Assembly (NCBI RefSeq): GCF_009914755.1
Contig: NC_060939.1
DNA length: 64,000 nt
Source: the human T2T-CHM13v2.0 reference genome, Homo sapiens
Direction: 5' to 3' (one strand)
The position numbers were made by a program, and so were the translations under genes. The number at the start of each line of letters is the position of its first letter. Position 1 is the first letter of the stretch. A model generated the notes under the pieces. That model was not told where the DNA came from. It did no database searches and worked only from the letters and a program-made list of their open reading frames with translations. Shown piece by piece: positions 58,473 to 64,000 of this stretch.

Positions 58473-59680
58473 CTGTGCAGACACAACAAAACATTGTATT
58501 AATATAGTAAAATGGTTCATAAATACTCAAATACCTGGCTTATAGGCTTAGAAAAAAGTTCAAAAAATTAGAAACCTCCATAAGAAATCACAGCTTTCAA
58601 AGATCATTAGTGATAATACTAAAGTACCATTTTTCTTCTTGTATTTTCATAATACTCAAACATTAAAACACATTAGATTCCTAGATGGAGAATCTAAGTT
58701 AACGGGATAGCATTTTTAAGGTTCCTGAAACGTTTTGCTAAATTGCTAACTAGAAATGTTTACTTCCACAAACAGCACCTGTCCATCAGATATTGGGTTT
58801 CACCCCATTAGTACTGATAGTTCTTACTAACATGTATAGAACATCAACTTAACCTGATCTAGGAGGCCAGTGAAGAAAATGCTCCTGACATTAAAACATT
58901 TAGTTATTCCTGGAAAAATTGTGAATCAGTGAATTTACAGGGCAGACTTACATCTAATAATATATCTGTGAAAAACAGTAAAATCTTGGAATTTAAGTTG
59001 ACTCCATGTTTAATATAAGCTAAAAGTGTGAAGAGCTGGTTTTTAACACATCTTATATGGAATATTGCCAAAACCATAGCAACAAAGTCCTATGTTCACT
59101 GTCATAAATGTCCCTTACTTTCTCTCTGTATAATTAAAATAGAGCAGAAATGATGCTTATATAATAGATTATCTAGTCCTTCGTCCTCATTCTAGAGATA
59201 AGAAAATGTTGGTCTAGAGACATAAAATATCTTAGCTAGAGCCACAGATAAGCTACAGAATTGGTGCTCAATCCGATATACAAATTGCACTGTGCACACT
59301 ATCAAGCTGCTATTCATACAGAAATAACTTCATTATAACGTTGGCTCCTAAGATCATTAACAAACATATTATTCACTTACCGCCATTTAAAATTTTTTGG
59401 CTGCAAATTTGAACAGCACACCTGATCTTTTTTTAAGGTTTCTAAAAGGACACTAAATTTAAGCCTACGTGCTTGCACAATACACACACTGAGAAGAAAA
59501 AATTTAAATAAAATAAGGAAAAAGAAATTTCAAAAGCCAAAAAATGAAACAAAACAAATACATATATCAAGTGGTAGGTGGCAACTAGGGTAGTATCCTA
59601 CACAGAATGACATACATATTTTTAAAACATTTCCTTAATTTTTTTTAAAGATAAAATCTATAGGGAGCTGTTTTCTTTAC

Positions 59681-59808
59681 CTTCTGGAAGAGTAGAATGG
59701 TAGACTACAGGGCTCCAAGGACTGGAAAGCTGATCCACATGTAATCGAACGGCAAATTCGTATTTGGTGTTTGGTTCTAGACCTTGAACCAACATGTGAG
59801 TTTCTGAT
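59681..59808 (-). CDS. PRTG: PRTG exon (probably 14): [42 protein letters not shown]
   Basis: Acceptor ttatAG, donor AAG|GTAAAG, 128 nt, phase 2-1. FN3 signature [10 protein letters not shown]. Confidence 0.95.
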
Positions 59809-60087
59809 CTATAATAACGAGTGATGAAGTTGTTAATGCTGGTAGTATAATATTGTTTGTAAAAGAATGTCAGCATTTCCAAATAGGTAAGGGCATAATG
59901 TTATTTTTCATTACCTCCTTATTTTATATGAAAAAATGTTTAGACTAAAGAACAATTTAATTGGACTTTAAAAAATACTACATTTGGTATTGTCCTGTAG
60001 AAATAAGCCTACTAGTTGCCTCTCTTTGACAGTAAACTCGAAATGTCCCAATACAAAGGGATTTCCTCTGAAATACTGGAAGTCAAA

Positions 60088-60370
<283 letters not shown>

Positions 60371-60773
60371 TCATTCTTTTAGAGCACCGTGATGGGCATC
60401 TTTCTTAACTCTAACCTAGAAACAGAAAGACAACTGGCCCTACTTTTTGACTGCCAGCATGAAAATAGTCTCCTTTCTTTCTTTAAACATGCTCAGTTTA
60501 ATCACTTGAGAGTAATAATAGCTTCTTGCCTAATCTTGTTGCATGAGGCAAGGAAAATTTAAAAATCACTTACATAAATTAAATGTCAAAAAGTATGGTT
60601 TTCAGAATATGGTAAGGATGCAAAACTCCTAGCCACTTCATAAATAACTTAAGTCCTGAAACAAATGCTTACAGGTGAAGCCCGAGCTGGGCCCAAGATG
60701 GTAAGAGGTAGAAGTTGGAGTGGGGGTGTGGTGAGGTAAGCAAAGAAAATAACCATTAACAGGAGCTACATAC

Positions 60774-60960
60774 GTTTGAAGGTACAGAACCAAAGAAGCA
60801 TTCTGCAGGCCAACAGGATTACAGCGGATGGTGTAGTTAATGATTTGTGCAGCGGTGAATGCAGGCCTCCTCCAGTGCAGGAAGATGGAAGATGAGGTGT
60901 TAGCCTTCGCATAGAGATGGTGGGGTGGTGGTGGAGGAGGGACCATGCGATCACGAACAG
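60774..60960 (-). CDS. PRTG: PRTG exon (probably 13): [32 protein letters not shown]...LYLQ, start of an FN3 domain
   Basis: Acceptor caatAG, donor AAC|GTATGT, 187 nt, phase 1-2. Inside ORF 60638-60997. Confidence 0.95.
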
Positions 60961-61153
60961 CTATTGAGAAAAACAATGTTAATTTACGATACGACATAAC
61001 ATTTTAACATAGAAAGTGGTAAAATGGTAAAATAATAATATCCCACCCTATAAGTTGATTTTAGGTCTTTCTTCCACCAGAGATTCATAGTGATCTAGAG
61101 ATGTATCATCCAAACCTAAACAGCTCTTCCGTGAGTTATATAAGAAGTCAAAA

Positions 61154-61550
61154 ACAGTCATGCATCACTAAAGAACAGGCATACATTCTAAGAAATGTGT
61201 TAGGTTTTTCATCAGGGGATTTCATCATTCTGTGGCTGTCAGAGTGCAGTTACACAAACCTAGATGGTATAGCCTACTGCACACCTGGGCTTTATGGTAC
61301 AGCCTATCACCCATAGGCTATAAAACTGTATAGCATGATATTGTACTAAATACTGTGGGCAACTGTAACACAATGGTATTTGTGTATCCAAACATATCCA
61401 AACAGAGAAATGGTAACAGGTTGCTCTATGAGATTGTAACAGCAATGTCATAGGTGATAGGAATTTTTCACCTCCATTATAATTTTATGGGACCACTGTC
61501 ACATATGTGGTCCATTGTTGACAGAAATGTCATTCTGCTGTGCGTGACTA
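61154..61550. mobile_element. Tigger3/MER7 (Golem)-type DNA transposon
   Basis: CAGTCATGCATCAC... and ...GTGCGTGACT. termini. Internal ACACAAACCTAGATGGTATAGCCTAC and CCATTATAAT.TTATGGGACCAC. Confidence 0.8.
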
Positions 61551-62244
61551 TATTACTGATAACAGATTGGAAGGCAGAAGCACAGAGAAGTCAGGCTACT
61601 AGCCAAAGACACTGAGAAAACCAGTGGGGGACTTAAGACTAGAACATCCTTCTTAGGAGCAGTACAAGTGAACAGCAATTGGAGAGAAACAGCCTCGAGG
61701 GAAAAGCAGACTTTAAAAAATTTGGTATGTAGATATTCAGTGGTTATTTTCCTCAGTTAAATGTCTAATGGTCTTTTGTATGCAAAATGAAAATAGGACT
61801 TATAATTCAATATATCTTACTTAAATATTTACTGAGCACCTATTTGTTTAAGATACTTCAGCCAGGTGCGGTGGCTCACGTCTGTAATCCCAGCACTTTG
61901 GGAGGCCAAGGCGGGTAGATCAGTTGAGGTCAGGAGTTCGAGAACAGCCTGGCCAACATGGTGAAAACCCCGTCTCTACTAAAAATACAAAAAAAAAAAA
62001 ATTAGCCAGGTGTGGTGGTGGTGCCTGTAGTCCCAGCTACTCGAGAGGCTGAGGCAGGAGAATCGCTTGAACCCGGGAGGCAACAAACAAACAAACAAAA
62101 CAAAAAAACTACGCTATACAGCACAGAGGATAGAAATTAAGCCACCAAAGCTTCCAAGTAGTAGTGAGACTGTAACTTAAAGGAGGAGGAGGAGAAAGAA
62201 CGGTGTGAGCCATAGTAAAACAAACTGCCATGGCTTTCACTTAC

Positions 62245-62340
62245 ACACGCATCCTGGAGTGCTGACAGTCTGATCTGCCTGATAGCCATCGTCTATGTTG
62301 TTGTAAGCCAGGAGTCTCACATGATATTTTCTTCTGGGGT
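62245..62340 (-). CDS. PRTG: PRTG (protogenin) internal exon, 9th from the end (probably exon 12): end of an FN3 domain, [31 protein letters not shown]
   Basis: Acceptor ttatAG, donor GT|GTAAGT, 96 nt, phase 1-1. FN3 motif Y-x-V-x-L-x-A-x-N. Confidence 0.92.
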
Positions 62341-63024
62341 CTATAAAGAAACCAATAGGAAATAATTAGGACCAGGTCTCTAGATCTGAGCAAAGGTTCT
62401 GAATGAAGCCTTTATAGATTTTGGTTTAAAAACCTGCTGAATGCATAAAAGTTCTCAGTAATATAAAATTACTGCTCATTGACTCAGCAATCCACCTTCG
62501 TATGACACTGCTATTGTGACTATCTACCAATAATTTACAATTTTACTTTACTTAATCTAATTTCAAACAATAATACTACCACAACCACTTCTTCTCCTTT
62601 CTCTCCTCTTCCTTATCCTCTTCCTTAAGTGGCAGATAGATTCTTGATTTTAAAAGCCTTCAGTTTGCTTGATGGATCACTTGCAAGAGGTTACACTTTG
62701 TAGAAGTTTTTCGTTTAAGCAGTTATATTTGAGGGCCGTTTACTTCAAAGTATGGAAATCAAACTGAGATTGTTTTATTCCAAAAAGTTAAAGAAAATTA
62801 CAATTGTCATTCTTTAGTACCTTTGAAAACTTATATAACCATGTTTTGTTTAAGTTTTAAGTTTAAATGTGTCCTTTCTACAAACCTACATTCTCAAGTG
62901 CGAACTTCACCAAGAAAGATGAGTTGGAGCTCCCTCTACTGGTGTTTATTAACTATCACGATACTAAAACTAAAGTCCATCTAATACACCCTAAAACAAT
63001 TTTTTTCAGGGCTTTGAAAAAATA

Positions 63025-63335
<311 letters not shown>

Positions 63336-64000
63336 TAGTTATACATTTCAACTCACATAATTTAAGAAATAATCAAGAAGTTTAATAATAAAAATACATT
63401 TAAGTTAACTGTTTATGATGACATTTAAATACAGAATACTTGCTCAGGGCAAAAATATACAACTCAGGCTGGGTGCAGTGGCTCATGCCTGCAATCCCAG
63501 CACTTTGGGAGGCCGAGGCGGGTGGGTCACCCGAGGTCGGGAGTTCGAGATGAGCCCTGCCAACATGGTGAAACCCCATCTCTACTAAAAATACAAAAAT
63601 TAGCCGGACGTGATGGCACATGCCAGTAATCCCAGCTACTTGAGGAGACTAAGACAGGAGAATCGCTTGCAGTGAGCCAATATTGTACCACTGCACTCCA
63701 GCCTGGGTAACAGAGCAAAACTCCATCTCAAAAAAAAAAAAAAAAAAGGATACAACTCAAAAATAATATATTCGTCTATTATACTTCTCTAAATAATAAA
63801 AAACACAAATAAATTCAACACTTCATAAGGGAAAACAGTAATCCTTAATAGATATAACCAATCTGGAAAACGACGTGAAATTAAAGGTTAAAAATAATTC
63901 TAGAGTGAATCCAAACATTTAAAAATCTAAAAATAGAGGATGGGTGCAGTAACTCACACCTGTAACCCCACTACTTTGGGAAGTAGAGGACAGGAGTTTA

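Overview
Human genomic DNA, recognised from the encoded peptides as the PYGO1-PRTG locus (15q21.3; the map position is recalled, not seen). A near-consensus AluYb8 supports Homo sapiens. Both genes are on the minus strand. 1-8983 is PYGO1 intron 1. A CpG island at ~8.7-10.2 kb carries two alternative first coding exons of PYGO1 (MSAEQEKD... and MPAENSPA..., each exactly 49 coding nt, phase 1). ~10.2-32.6 kb is a repeat-dense intergenic spacer (Alu, L1, L2, LTR, DNA transposons). 32.7-62.3 kb holds the last nine exons of PRTG (protogenin: FN3 domains, TM helix, cytoplasmic tail), which I spliced by hand with consistent GT-AG phases, plus an ~8.4 kb Alu-free 3'UTR. The most striking structure is the 3'UTR, which has spatial blocks of seed matches for neural and heterochronic miRNAs: a dense miR-9 cluster interleaved with alternative AATAAA signals, a miR-124 cluster, and let-7 and miR-125 sites. 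Other leads: a candidate intronic-polyadenylation PRTG isoform lacking the TM exon, a uORF with a TAATG stop/start overlap on PYGO1, and several template-switch scars (a 112-bp copied segment inside an L2, a perfect 18-bp hairpin written into an Alu, an in-place micro-inversion in an L1). Most ORFs in the supplied track are Alu, L1 or GC-rich artefacts. There is no prokaryote-type system here. Repeat boundaries and subfamilies were assigned by eye and are approximate.
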